DNA of 64,000 bases from positions 184,790 through 248,789 of the forward strand of contig CAYFHS010000002.1 in NCBI GenBank assembly GCA_964342815.1. The letters run 5' to 3'. This document shows positions 47,701 to 57,077 of the stretch, piece after piece (within the stretch, counting starts at the first letter, position 1; every line of letters begins with the position of its first letter). Origin of the DNA: an uncultured archaeon (GTDB taxonomy: Archaea > Thermoplasmatota > Penumbrarchaeia > JASLWR01). The notes beneath the pieces were generated by a model, which was not told the DNA's origin, ran no database searches, and saw only the letters and a list, made by a program, of their open reading frames with translations. The translations under genes and the position numbers were made by a program.

Positions 47701-50672
47701 TACCTCATTGGGGATTGCCAGGCCTCTTTTAGAACTGTTATATCGCTTCGAATTATTACATTCCCATCTATGCCGATGACCTTGAACTCCGAGGATTCTA
47801 ATACTTTCCCGATACAGGAATATCGAGCATCAGTTAATAATTCTTCAAATCTCCCGCGCAGGTGGGGAGCCACGGTGACCACTAACCTTGAGGCTGATTC
47901 CGAGAAAAGCACTCCATCATTTCTGCTAACTCCCGTGGTGGGTACACTTCGCAGATCCACCTCCATTCCAAGATCCCCGGCGAAGGCAGTTTGGGCCAAC
48001 GCCACTCCCAGGCCGCCTTTGTAGCACCCGTGCATGGAAGCCACCAGTCCCTCCTCAACTGCTTTGTTCAGACCAGTGTAGATGATCTTTGCCTTCTCGC
48101 CATCAACTTTTGGTACGTTATTACCCACCGCTCCCATCATGTCGAAATATTCCGACGCGCCCAATTCATCCCTTGTGATACCGACCACATAAACGATATC
48201 CCCCGCTTTCTTGACATCCATGGTCACGCATTTTCTAACATCCTCGATCTTGCCAACAGCAAGATATTGGACCATTGGAAGCCCCGATATCTTTTTACTT
48301 CTCCCTTCCCGATCTTTGATGAATCCGTCTATGGACATGCTGTCCTTACCGCTTATACAGGGGGTTCCGAAGGATACCGTATAATCGTACAAAGCCTGAT
48401 TCGCCCTCACCAGTTGAGCCAAGAGATCGGCATCGTTCAACGGAAGCGGCCAGTTGAAGTTATCGTTCAATATCATTCTATCGAGGGAACCCCCCACCGC
48501 GATTATCCGTCGTATCGCCTCGTCAATAGCCATGGCGCTCATGTGATAGGCGGATATCTTGCTGTAGTGAGGATTCAAGCCCGATGAGATTGCCAGTCCC
48601 TCCATGGAATCCAGAACGGGGCGTATGACGACAGAATCGCTCTCCACATCGCTCCTAGCGCCCACCAACGGTTTTATCACGGACCCACCCTGAACTTCGT
48701 GATCGAACTGCCTTATTATGTACTCCCTGCTGCATATGTTCGGTCGAGAAAGCATTTTTATGAGTACCCGGGTGTATTTTTTGTCCTCACCGAGCTTTGG
48801 TACTGGAAAAATATTTCTTTTCTCCTCGCGTGCGTTCAGCTCCATCTGAGGAACTCCTTCATGAAGAAACTCCATATCGAGGTAAACCACCGATTCTCCG
48901 CCGTACTTTACGTGGAAAGTCCCGCTGTCAACGAATTCTCCCAGTACGGTCACCTCCACGTCGTGCTTTCTTGCAAGTCTCTGAAAGAGAGATATTTTTT
49001 TGGGGGGAACCGCAAATGTCATTCTCTCCTGGGACTCGCTAACCAGTATTTCCCACGGGTTCAGATTTGGGTATTTCAGCGGTGCACGATCCAGATGGAG
49101 TACGCAGCCGCCCTTCTTGCCGCAGAAGCCGGCAGTTTCCCCCACCGAGGAGTTAAGTCCCCCGGCTCCGTTGTCCTGAACGAAGTTGTAGAGACCTTCA
49201 TCCCTGGCCTCGAGAAGCATATCCATCAACTTCTTCTGCATGTATGGATCGCCTATCTGAACGTGGCCGGCCGGCGTTGTGTCGTCAAACGGCCTCGATG
49301 AGGCAGTAGCCCCGTGTATGCCGTCTACTCCTATCCGACCGCCGGCCATTACGATCAGGTCTCCGGGCTCAACTCTCTTTTCCCAGCCGGGTTTCCCGTT
49401 TACCCGTGAAGGTATCATTCCCCCGGCAGCAACCAGAATTATACATTTACCCAGGTAGCTCTCGTCAAAAAAAACTCTCCCGTATGGTGTGGGAACGCCG
49501 TGCTTGTTGCCGCCGTCCTCGACCCCTTTTCGCACCCTTTCAAGAAGAACTCTCGGGTGCTGCGGAGGGCTTAGCCTGCCGTGAAAATCCTGCGGACCCA
49601 CCATGAATCCATAATAGCCGAAAACTATCTTTGCACCCATTCCGGTTCCCATGGGGTCTCGGTAAACACCCACGATCCCGGTGATTGCACCGCCATAGCC
49701 TTCCATGTTGGACGGACTGTTGTGGGTCTCGCATTTCAGGCAAAAAAGCCAGTCCTTGTTGAATTCCATTACACCTGCATTGTCCCAGAAGACGGATTTG
49801 ATCCATGGCCGCGTTTCCATGATTTTTTTGGTAGCTCCTTTGATGTAGGTATCGAATAGACTGTCGATGTCGCATCGCTCACCGTTTGCTCCTCTGAAGT
49901 GGATAATGGCGTTGAACTGCTTGTGTTTGCAGTGCTCGCTCCATGTCTGCGCCAAGGATTCCATCTCCGCATCAGTAGGTATTTTCTGGAGACCCACCCC
50001 CACCCGGCGCCGTGCAACACCTTCCCGATCATAGTATTCCACAATTGCCTGAAGCTCCTGCCTGCTCAAACCCCATTGGCTTGAATCGCTCAAGTTAAGA
50101 AGTTCTTCGGGCTCCGCAGCAAGATCGATATACTCAATGACGGGGGGATTGTTAATGGAAGCTCTCGCCAATGTATGGGGGACTCCCACATCGGACCAAT
50201 GCGAATAATTGCTGATATACCATCTCTGGACCAGCGGATTGGCAAGCAGGCGTGATGCAATCTTTTCTTGTTCAAAATCCGCCCCTTCTACTCCTTTTAT
50301 CCGGTACTGGATCGAACTGGATATTTTATCCTTGAGACCCAACGTAATACCTATATCACGAAAAGCCTCTTGGGCCACTCTTGCGGCATTATCGGTCAAA
50401 CCGGGTTTCCACCCGACTTCGATGAGCACGTCGAAGCCCTCTTTTGAGGGCAATTTCTCATAGCTTGACATCTCGGAGATGGGGTCTGTAAAAATAAGTT
50501 CCTTCAGTTTCGTCAATTTTTCGGGACTAAGATCCGCATCAATGGTGAATACTGAAACGACATTGACCGATTCCAGAGGAATGTCCAGCTCGTTTCGTAT
50601 CCTTTTTAAGATGCTGGCTCCCTCAGCGTTTATGAGGTCCGGTCTTGTGGAAATCTCCAGTCTGAATGCTAT
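47697..50672 (-). CDS. purL: FGAM synthase synthetase subunit with fused N-terminal tandem PurS-like domains; probable ATA start at 50672
   Basis: QTWSEHCKHK, DNAGV, ETHNSPS, DGIHGATASS, DNGAGGL, SESQERM, QFDHEVQG and GKDSM motifs. The frame stays open 52 codons upstream of the ORF-track TTG (50516) with PurS-like sequence, but contains no ATG, GTG or TTG. Confidence 0.93.
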   Translation of the reverse strand: MAFRLEISTRPDLINAEGASILKRIRNELDIPLESVNVVSVFTIDADLSPEKLTKLKELIFTDPISEMSSYEKLPSKEGFDVLIEVGWKPGLTDNAARVAQEAFRDIGITLGLKDKISSSIQYRIKGVEGADFEQEKIASRLLANPLVQRWYISNYSHWSDVGVPHTLARASINNPPVIEYIDLAAEPEELLNLSDSSQWGLSRQELQAIVEYYDREGVARRRVGVGLQKIPTDAEMESLAQTWSEHCKHKQFNAIIHFRGANGERCDIDSLFDTYIKGATKKIMETRPWIKSVFWDNAGVMEFNKDWLFCLKCETHNSPSNMEGYGGAITGIVGVYRDPMGTGMGAKIVFGYYGFMVGPQDFHGRLSPPQHPRVLLERVRKGVEDGGNKHGVPTPYGRVFFDESYLGKCIILVAAGGMIPSRVNGKPGWEKRVEPGDLIVMAGGRIGVDGIHGATASSRPFDDTTPAGHVQIGDPYMQKKLMDMLLEARDEGLYNFVQDNGAGGLNSSVGETAGFCGKKGGCVLHLDRAPLKYPNLNPWEILVSESQERMTFAVPPKKISLFQRLARKHDVEVTVLGEFVDSGTFHVKYGGESVVYLDMEFLHEGVPQMELNAREEKRNIFPVPKLGEDKKYTRVLIKMLSRPNICSREYIIRQFDHEVQGGSVIKPLVGARSDVESDSVVIRPVLDSMEGLAISSGLNPHYSKISAYHMSAMAIDEAIRRIIAVGGSLDRMILNDNFNWPLPLNDADLLAQLVRANQALYDYTVSFGTPCISGKDSMSIDGFIKDREGRSKKISGLPMVQYLAVGKIEDVRKCVTMDVKKAGDIVYVVGITRDELGASEYFDMMGAVGNNVPKVDGEKAKIIYTGLNKAVEEGLVASMHGCYKGGLGVALAQTAFAGDLGMEVDLRSVPTTGVSRNDGVLFSESASRLVVTVAPHLRGRFEELLTDARYSCIGKVLESSEFKVIGIDGNVIIRSDITVLKEAWQSPMRY

Positions 50673-50706
50673 TCGGCACCATCTCCTTTGTTAAATTCAA
50701 TTTTTT

Positions 50707-52527
50707 TCATTCCCATTCTATTGTTCCGGGTGGTTTACTGGTGACATCGATACAGAAACCGGATACAGCATCAAATCGGGATATTTCTTCATCAAGTTCT
50801 GAAATTAATTCTATTGGAACCAGAGCGGGAGCCGCTGTCATAGCTCGTTTGGAATGGACCGGACGAAGAATGACCAACTCGCGGCCCTTGCCGTCCATCT
50901 CCAGGGGAACCAGAACAGTGGGGCACTGCCATATCGATGAATAACAGCCATATTTAACAAGGGACTCCATTACCAGATGATCGATCTCTCTCAAAAGCCT
51001 CAAACGCTCTCGGGTTACAGTGGCCGGGAGGGGGACAGCCTTTGAGTGGGTCTGACCAGTCAAATTCCAAATGCATCTATTTATTCCGTTAAGCTCCGAG
51101 AGGATGACCGTGGCGGCTTTCACCACTTGATCCAGGGACTCATCGCCTTGAAGAAGGACGGGGTGCTCGTAAGAGCGAAGGTCCCCTTTCACTCCCACGG
51201 ATCTGATTGGCAGAATGAGCGAATTTAGGCCAAAACTCCCTGCAATTTCGGCCACCTTCTCGACGACTCCTTTCCGAATGTTTGTGTTGGGCGACCCTGT
51301 TGAGCAGAGAAGGCGTATCCCAAGTCCCGGACCGGGGAACGGATGGCGCCACAGTACATTTTTCTCAATACCCAATCTCTCACCCAGTTCCCTGACCTCG
51401 ACCTTGTAAAGTTCACTCAAAGGCTCCAATATTTTTCCCCGTTCCATCATTTCGTCGATTATCGGTACCCGGTTATGGTGGGTCTTTATGGTATCCGCCC
51501 GTTTGGTACCCCCGGTTTCAATGGTGTCGGGGTAGATGGTCCCCTGAGCCAGGATATGATCCTTGAGACCTAGCGCTTCGGCTTCTTGCTGGAATACCTC
51601 CAAAAAGGTATTTCCAATGGCAATACGTTTCTCTTCGGGCTCCACCAGACCCTCCAGAGCATTGAGAAAAAACGCTCCCGCATCAATAAAATGAAGGTTT
51701 TCATCCAATCCGAGATATTCAAACATTTCCAATACCGACCTGCTCTCGTTCTTTCTCATTAGACCGTTGTCGATATGAAGAAGATGGAATTGCCCGGTGG
51801 CCAGGGTCATTCCCAGCAGTTTGGCTGCCACGGTGGAGTCCACGCCACCCGAGACCAGAAGGAAGACGGACTTTTCCCCTGCTTTCTCACGGATATCTTC
51901 TATCTTTCTCTCCAGGTAGTCCTCCATGGTCCACGTGGGAGAACAACCGCAGATGCTAAAAACAAAATTGGAGAGCATTTTCTCACCATGAGGCGTATCG
52001 TCAACTTCCGGGTGGAACTGGAACCCGTAACGCATCAGACGTTTCGAGGCTATTGCGCTATAACGATGTTTTCTCCGGTCACTTCCACCAACAGTATACC
52101 CGATTTCCTCAAAATCGGGTCCAAGCTTAATCACCGAGTCGTGATGGCTCATCCAAACAGGTTCCGTTCGGTCCAATCCCTCGAACAAAGGATGTGATGA
52201 GCTAATGTGAAGGTCCGCTCGACCCCACTCTCGTTCTCCCTTGGCCACTCTTCCCCCGTAATGCTTGGCGATCTCCTGGTGACCGAAACAAAAACCGAGT
52301 ATTGGAATGTCCAGATCGAATATTTTTCGATCATAATGTGATTCCTCTCCCTTTGAGGAAAGGGCCGGGCTTCCGGAGATTATAATTCCTCTATAGGCGC
52401 GGAAGATATCAAGAGGATCCTCGGGTTGAAGTATCTCGGCCAATACGTGGAGCCGACGTATCTTTGTTGCGATAAGATGGGCATACTGCCCGCCGAAATC
52501 CACTACCGCGATAGCGTCGTGTTTCAT
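50707..52527 (-). CDS. guaA: GMP synthase (glutamine-hydrolysing), fused GATase + synthase
   Basis: VDFGGQYAHLI, GFCFGHQ, FQFHPEV, SGGVDST, QGTIYPDTIE, KTHHN, HPFPGPGLGIR and SKPPGTIEWE motifs. Confidence 0.98.
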   Translation of the reverse strand: MKHDAIAVVDFGGQYAHLIATKIRRLHVLAEILQPEDPLDIFRAYRGIIISGSPALSSKGEESHYDRKIFDLDIPILGFCFGHQEIAKHYGGRVAKGEREWGRADLHISSSHPLFEGLDRTEPVWMSHHDSVIKLGPDFEEIGYTVGGSDRRKHRYSAIASKRLMRYGFQFHPEVDDTPHGEKMLSNFVFSICGCSPTWTMEDYLERKIEDIREKAGEKSVFLLVSGGVDSTVAAKLLGMTLATGQFHLLHIDNGLMRKNESRSVLEMFEYLGLDENLHFIDAGAFFLNALEGLVEPEEKRIAIGNTFLEVFQQEAEALGLKDHILAQGTIYPDTIETGGTKRADTIKTHHNRVPIIDEMMERGKILEPLSELYKVEVRELGERLGIEKNVLWRHPFPGPGLGIRLLCSTGSPNTNIRKGVVEKVAEIAGSFGLNSLILPIRSVGVKGDLRSYEHPVLLQGDESLDQVVKAATVILSELNGINRCIWNLTGQTHSKAVPLPATVTRERLRLLREIDHLVMESLVKYGCYSSIWQCPTVLVPLEMDGKGRELVILRPVHSKRAMTAAPALVPIELISELDEEISRFDAVSGFCIDVTSKPPGTIEWE

Positions 52528-52557
52528 TGTATGCCCCTTACCGGCCTTAAAAGAAAT

Positions 52558-53721
52558 TTACTTTCCCATTCCGACCCTTTGAGTTTTCTGAAATATCTTA
52601 CCTTCCGAACCTATCTGGGGGGCAATCAGAAGCTCTGTAAGCTGCATCTGCTCAATGTTGATCGCCCCCACCGAACCCATGCTCGTTTTCAAGGCTCCAA
52701 CCAGATTGTGGGTGCCGTCATCCAAACGCGCCGGTCCATACAAAATCTCTTCCAGGGACCCCGTTGTGCCTACCCGTATCCTTGTTCCCCGGGGGAGATT
52801 TTTATGGGGTGTTGCCATCCCCCAGTGATATCCCTTTCCAGGTGCTTCCCTGGCTCTTGCGAAGGTCGATCCAAGCATCACGGCATCCGCACCTGCGGCG
52901 AAGGCCTTGCAGATGTCGCCACCTGTGCTCATTCCACCGTCCGTAATTATGGAAACATATTTCCCGGTTCGTTTGAAGTAATTATCCCTGGCTGCTGCAC
53001 AATCTATTGTTGCAGTCACCTGGGGAACCCCAATTCCAAGCACACCTCGTGTAGTACAAGACGCTCCGGGACCCACACCGACCAGCAGAGCTGCACACCC
53101 CGTTTCCATAAGTTCCAGGGCTGAATGATAGGTAACACAATTCCCGATAATCACCGGTATGTCCAATTCCCTGCACAGCTCACCCAGGTTGACCGGCTCG
53201 TACAGGGTGGAGATATGACGGGCAGTGGTCACCGTGGATTGGACAACGAGAACATCGGCTCCGGCCTCCTGGGCGATTTGTCCGTATCTCTTGGCTTTCT
53301 GGGGAATCGCTGAAACTGCCGTATAGGTCCCGTTTTTTTTCATCTCCCTCACCCGCTGGCCGATAAGGAAGTCTTTAATTGGTTCACGATAGACCTCTTG
53401 TATCTGATGGGTAACCGAGTCATTAGGTGCTTCGATTATTCTCATAAGTTCCGGGTATGGGTTCTCATATCGAGTGTATATACCCTCAAGATTTAGAACT
53501 CCAAGACCCCCCAATTTGCCAAAGGCACCGGCGAACTTCATGTCAACCACACCGTCCATAGCCGAGGCCAGGAATGGTATTTCCAGCATCAAACCATCGG
53601 CCAGCCGCCGAGTGATGTTCACTTCATCCGGATTGACGGTGACGGTCCCTGGAACCAGTGCCACTTCGTCAAATCCGTATGCTCGTCGCGCCTCGCGGTT
53701 TCTTCCTATGAATAAAGGCAT
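52558..53721 (-). CDS. guaB: IMP dehydrogenase-family protein, GuaB3 type (no CBS domains)
   Basis: [50 protein letters not shown] (catalytic Cys), DGGM and [16 protein letters not shown] motifs. Confidence 0.93.
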   Translation of the reverse strand: MPLFIGRNREARRAYGFDEVALVPGTVTVNPDEVNITRRLADGLMLEIPFLASAMDGVVDMKFAGAFGKLGGLGVLNLEGIYTRYENPYPELMRIIEAPNDSVTHQIQEVYREPIKDFLIGQRVREMKKNGTYTAVSAIPQKAKRYGQIAQEAGADVLVVQSTVTTARHISTLYEPVNLGELCRELDIPVIIGNCVTYHSALELMETGCAALLVGVGPGASCTTRGVLGIGVPQVTATIDCAAARDNYFKRTGKYVSIITDGGMSTGGDICKAFAAGADAVMLGSTFARAREAPGKGYHWGMATPHKNLPRGTRIRVGTTGSLEEILYGPARLDDGTHNLVGALKTSMGSVGAINIEQMQLTELLIAPQIGSEGKIFQKTQRVGMGK

Positions 53722-53840
53722 CTCTTATCACCTCGCAGTAAAGAACGATTAAAAAAATCAAACTTGAACATAGCCCAAGCCCACCATAACCACCACCCAT
53801 CCCTTTACACCCGGGACGAACTATTATTCCTATATAATTG
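53722..53840 (-). promoter_or_regulatory. Promoter and ~85-nt G-rich leader of the purine operon
   Basis: TTATATA at 53831-53837, five GGG tracts at 53774-53812, a T7 tract, then a GAGGTGA RBS before the guaB ATG. Confidence 0.55.
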
Positions 53841-53991
53841 CCGTCCGGGAGGCATCTTTCTTGGGGAAAGACGGTTTGGAAGTTAAAACCTCCGAAATAT
53901 TCAGCTTTGCATAAGTTGCCGGGAGGATTTCACGGGGTGTTTATAATCATTTCGGGGACAGGTTTGATGGATAATAAAATCATCATTGGCT

Positions 53992-54402
53992 TCAGAAGTT
54001 TGTTCTGGTAATGACCAGTCCGCCGTGTTTGACACCCTTGATGGCAAGAATGTTATCCGCCAGTTTTTTCACCTCGCCCGCCATTCCGCGTACTATTAGA
54101 ACCTCAAGGCAGAGATGCTCGTCAAGGTGGATGTGTGTTGTTGATAGGATCTCTGTGACGTGATGATGCTGAAGGTGCATTAATCGATTGTTCACATCAC
54201 CTGAATGATGATCATAGATAATTGTTAGCGTACCGAAGACCGCCCCCTGCTCATCGGTTTCGATCTTTCTCTCTATAAGCGATTTCCGGACAAGGTCGCG
54301 TATGGCTTCCGATCGATTTGGATAGCCTTTGTTCTTGATAAGTTCATCGAATTTTATCAGGAGATCCGGTTCGAACGAGACACCGACCCTTTCAACAGTC
54401 AT
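53992..54402 (-). CDS. nikR: Nickel-responsive transcriptional regulator NikR
   Basis: RVGVSF RHH strand, GYPNRSEAIRDL, YDHH and HIHLDEHLCLEV Ni-site motifs. Start placed at ATG 54402. Confidence 0.97.
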   Translation of the reverse strand: MTVERVGVSFEPDLLIKFDELIKNKGYPNRSEAIRDLVRKSLIERKIETDEQGAVFGTLTIIYDHHSGDVNNRLMHLQHHHVTEILSTTHIHLDEHLCLEVLIVRGMAGEVKKLADNILAIKGVKHGGLVITRTNF

Positions 54403-54403
54403 G

Positions 54404-54510
54404 GTAGCACCTTTGCCACTCAATCGTGTTACTTTATTATAAATCTTGCTACGGAAAACGATTTATATCAAAAGGATGTTGCTATAACACTCTTTCGAAA
54501 AAAGTGCTAC
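54404..54510. promoter_or_regulatory. NikR operator half-sites over the divergent nikR / transporter promoters
   Basis: GTAGCAC(54404)-N15-GTGTTAC(54426)-N13-TTGCTAC(54446), and ATAACAC(54484)-N13-GTGCTAC(54504). The sites overlap TATA-like boxes or predicted start sites. Confidence 0.7.
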
Positions 54511-54522
54511 TTGGTGAAGTGA

Positions 54523-55233
54523 ATGACGTTATCATTCTCAATTCTGGCCGGCACCGCATTTCTTATAGGGTTAATCCACACTGTGCTTGGACCAGACCAC
54601 TATCTTCCCTTCATCGCGCTCTCAAGATCTAGGAACTGGAGCGTAAAGAAAACGCTCCTGATAACATTGGTCTGCGGAACCGGGCACGTGCTCAGCTCCA
54701 TCATCTTGGGTGCTATAGGCATTACATTCGGCATCGCGGTCACTCAACTGGAAAACATAGAGGCATACCGTGGGGAGATTGCCGCCTGGCTCCTCTTCGT
54801 CTTTGGTATAACCTATCTCATCTGGGGGATACATAGGGCTGTGAAAAACAAACCCCACAGACATATGCACAATCACGGTGACGGAACGGAACACGTTCAT
54901 GAACACACCCATAATGATAAACATACCCATATACATGAATCCGGGCGAAAAAAGCTAACACCCTGGATACTTTTCATAATATTCATTTTCGGACCATGCG
55001 AAGCGTTCATTCCGCTTCTGATGTTCCCTGCATTCGATGCAAACATTATGACCATGATCGCCATTACCCTAATTTTCAGTATCACCACTATTGCCACAAT
55101 GATGGCCATCGTGACCCTATCGTATTACGGACTATCCCGCCTGAAAAATCCTAGGATAGAGCGATTCGGGCACCCTACGGCTGGTGCGGTCCTAGTGCTA
55201 TGTGGGGCGGCCATACTTTTCATCGGCCTGTGA
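54523..55233 (+). CDS. NicO/UreH-like nickel/cobalt transporter with a His-rich loop
   Basis: 6 TM helices, HTVLGPDHYLPF, GHVLSS, His-rich HRHMHNHG...HVHEHTH loop and GPCE motifs; divergent from nikR. Confidence 0.88.
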   Translation: MTLSFSILAGTAFLIGLIHTVLGPDHYLPFIALSRSRNWSVKKTLLITLVCGTGHVLSSIILGAIGITFGIAVTQLENIEAYRGEIAAWLLFVFGITYLIWGIHRAVKNKPHRHMHNHGDGTEHVHEHTHNDKHTHIHESGRKKLTPWILFIIFIFGPCEAFIPLLMFPAFDANIMTMIAITLIFSITTIATMMAIVTLSYYGLSRLKNPRIERFGHPTAGAVLVLCGAAILFIGL

Positions 55234-55296
55234 ATCCCACCATCAGGCAATGACTTGTTGGCTGTGTTTGCCGCTTGAAGTAGGGAATGATCGACA

Positions 55297-56121
55297 ATGA
55301 ACGAGGTTGATTGGAACGAGATGTGGAAAGAATCCAGGCGTAATTCCACGTGGAGGAAGGTATTTGGAGATAATGATACGGTGGAATACTGGAACCGTCG
55401 TGCCGAGAGCTTCAACAGGAATGCCGGGGACAAAAGGGGTGAAATTACAGTAGATAAATTGGTAAAATTGTTCGGTATCCATGGGACTTCCACCGTGCTT
55501 GACATAGGTGCCGGCACCGGCAGGCTGGCCATACCTTTCGCTAGAGTTGCAAAAAGCGTAACTGCCGTGGAGCCCTCACGCGAAATGATGAAATTTCTGA
55601 AGATGAATGCTTGTACGGAAGGACTCGATAATATAAGCTATGTTCATAAGCGCTGGGGTGAAGTGGCTGCGGGGAAGGACATTAAAAAACACGATATTGT
55701 GATCGCGTGTCATTCGTTGAGCATGATGGAGATCGGGAGCGCCCTTGCAAAGATGAATGAACTGGCTGAAAGATACGCCTGCATATACGCTTTTAGCGGA
55801 AAGAGGGTTTGGGATTTCACCGATCTTTGGCCTAGGTTATATGGCGAAAAATTCGTTCCGGGACCCACCTACATTTACCTCGTCAATTTATTATATTCGA
55901 TGGGAATAAACGTAAATATAAAGCTTATCAAACGGGAAATGGAGAGACGATACAGGAACCTGGACGAGGCAATGGAAGAAACAAAAATTAAATTGGATAT
56001 AAAGGATGATAAAAAGGACGAAATCATAAAAAATTACCTGGCCGAGACGCTGCGGGAAGAGAACGGAGAACTTTTTCATGTTAAGGAATTCGAGGAGGTC
56101 ATGCTCTGGTGGGAAAAATGA
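55297..56121 (+). CDS. Class I SAM-dependent methyltransferase
   Basis: VLDIGAGTGRLAIP, VTAVEPS and HDIVIACHSL motifs. Confidence 0.9.
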   Translation: MNEVDWNEMWKESRRNSTWRKVFGDNDTVEYWNRRAESFNRNAGDKRGEITVDKLVKLFGIHGTSTVLDIGAGTGRLAIPFARVAKSVTAVEPSREMMKFLKMNACTEGLDNISYVHKRWGEVAAGKDIKKHDIVIACHSLSMMEIGSALAKMNELAERYACIYAFSGKRVWDFTDLWPRLYGEKFVPGPTYIYLVNLLYSMGINVNIKLIKREMERRYRNLDEAMEETKIKLDIKDDKKDEIIKNYLAETLREENGELFHVKEFEEVMLWWEK

Positions 56122-56990
56122 AGGAACCGGAGAAATATGAAATATCGAAGGAGAACGTCTCATTCAAATCCGGACACGATGTTCTGCGCGGTGTGTTGAT
56201 GAAACCACAGAGCAAAGGGCCGTTCCCCGGGGTGGTATACTGTCACGGGCTGCTTTCAGATATGCGTGAACTGGGCCATGCACCTGCATCCACGGTGAAA
56301 ACGGGTTTTGCAGTTCTGGTTTTCGATTTCAGGGGACACGGCAAGAGTGAGGGTGAACGGGGTTTGATTTCAACCGAACGTTGCGTGGAGGATGCTACGG
56401 CTGCATTTCATTTTCTCGCAGGATTGCCCAATGTAATCCCGGAGAGAATCGGCATAGTGGGACACAGTTTTGGGGGCCATGTCGCTCTGGCGTCCCTTGC
56501 CCGTACCGATCATTTCCGCTGCGCCGTTGCGGCAGCACCACCGGGATCCATAAGGGAAGATTTCAATCCCTTTGAGAAGATCGGCTACTGCATTGTATAT
56601 TATCTCACACGGCCGGTAAAGGCCATATTCAAGCATGCGGGAAGGATACCTTATCCCGTTGGATACAAGGATATCTTGATCGACGAGAAAAGGCGGAAGA
56701 AGGCCGGAAGGGTAGATTTTCTACAGAAGCATTGTCCAATCGATAATTATCCCTTTTTAATGGGGATGAGTTCCTTTCGTGAAGCCGAAAAAATAAAAAA
56801 ACCGGTTTTCATACTTTTAGCCGGGAAAGATAAAGTATGTTCCATTGGAGGCACCAAGCGAATATACGGGCTGCTTGGTGGAATAAGGCAGAAAAAAATC
56901 TATGTTGCCTCTGGTCATTCCCTGTTCTATGACCGCTCAAGAGCCGAGGTCATCGAGGACGTGAATCTTTACCTGAATAATACACTTTAG
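56109..56990 (+). CDS. Alpha/beta-hydrolase (serine esterase/peptidase fold)
   Basis: VVYCHG, FDFRGHGKSEG, GHSFGG nucleophile elbow, AGKDKV (Asp) and SGHSL (His). Confidence 0.9.
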   Translation: MGKMKEPEKYEISKENVSFKSGHDVLRGVLMKPQSKGPFPGVVYCHGLLSDMRELGHAPASTVKTGFAVLVFDFRGHGKSEGERGLISTERCVEDATAAFHFLAGLPNVIPERIGIVGHSFGGHVALASLARTDHFRCAVAAAPPGSIREDFNPFEKIGYCIVYYLTRPVKAIFKHAGRIPYPVGYKDILIDEKRRKKAGRVDFLQKHCPIDNYPFLMGMSSFREAEKIKKPVFILLAGKDKVCSIGGTKRIYGLLGGIRQKKIYVASGHSLFYDRSRAEVIEDVNLYLNNTL

Positions 56991-57077
56991 ACGAGGGAAA
57001 TTCACGGGCTTGGAAAACACGATAATAGTAATAAATACGAGAGGCCTTATACGCACGAAAATACAGGTGGAACTCAA

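Noticed and set aside
53843-53930. CCGGGAGG direct repeat and TCTTTC/GAAAGA hairpin between nikR and the guaB promoter
   Set aside because: Short and imperfect; may just be the nikR terminator region. Not enough to call an element.
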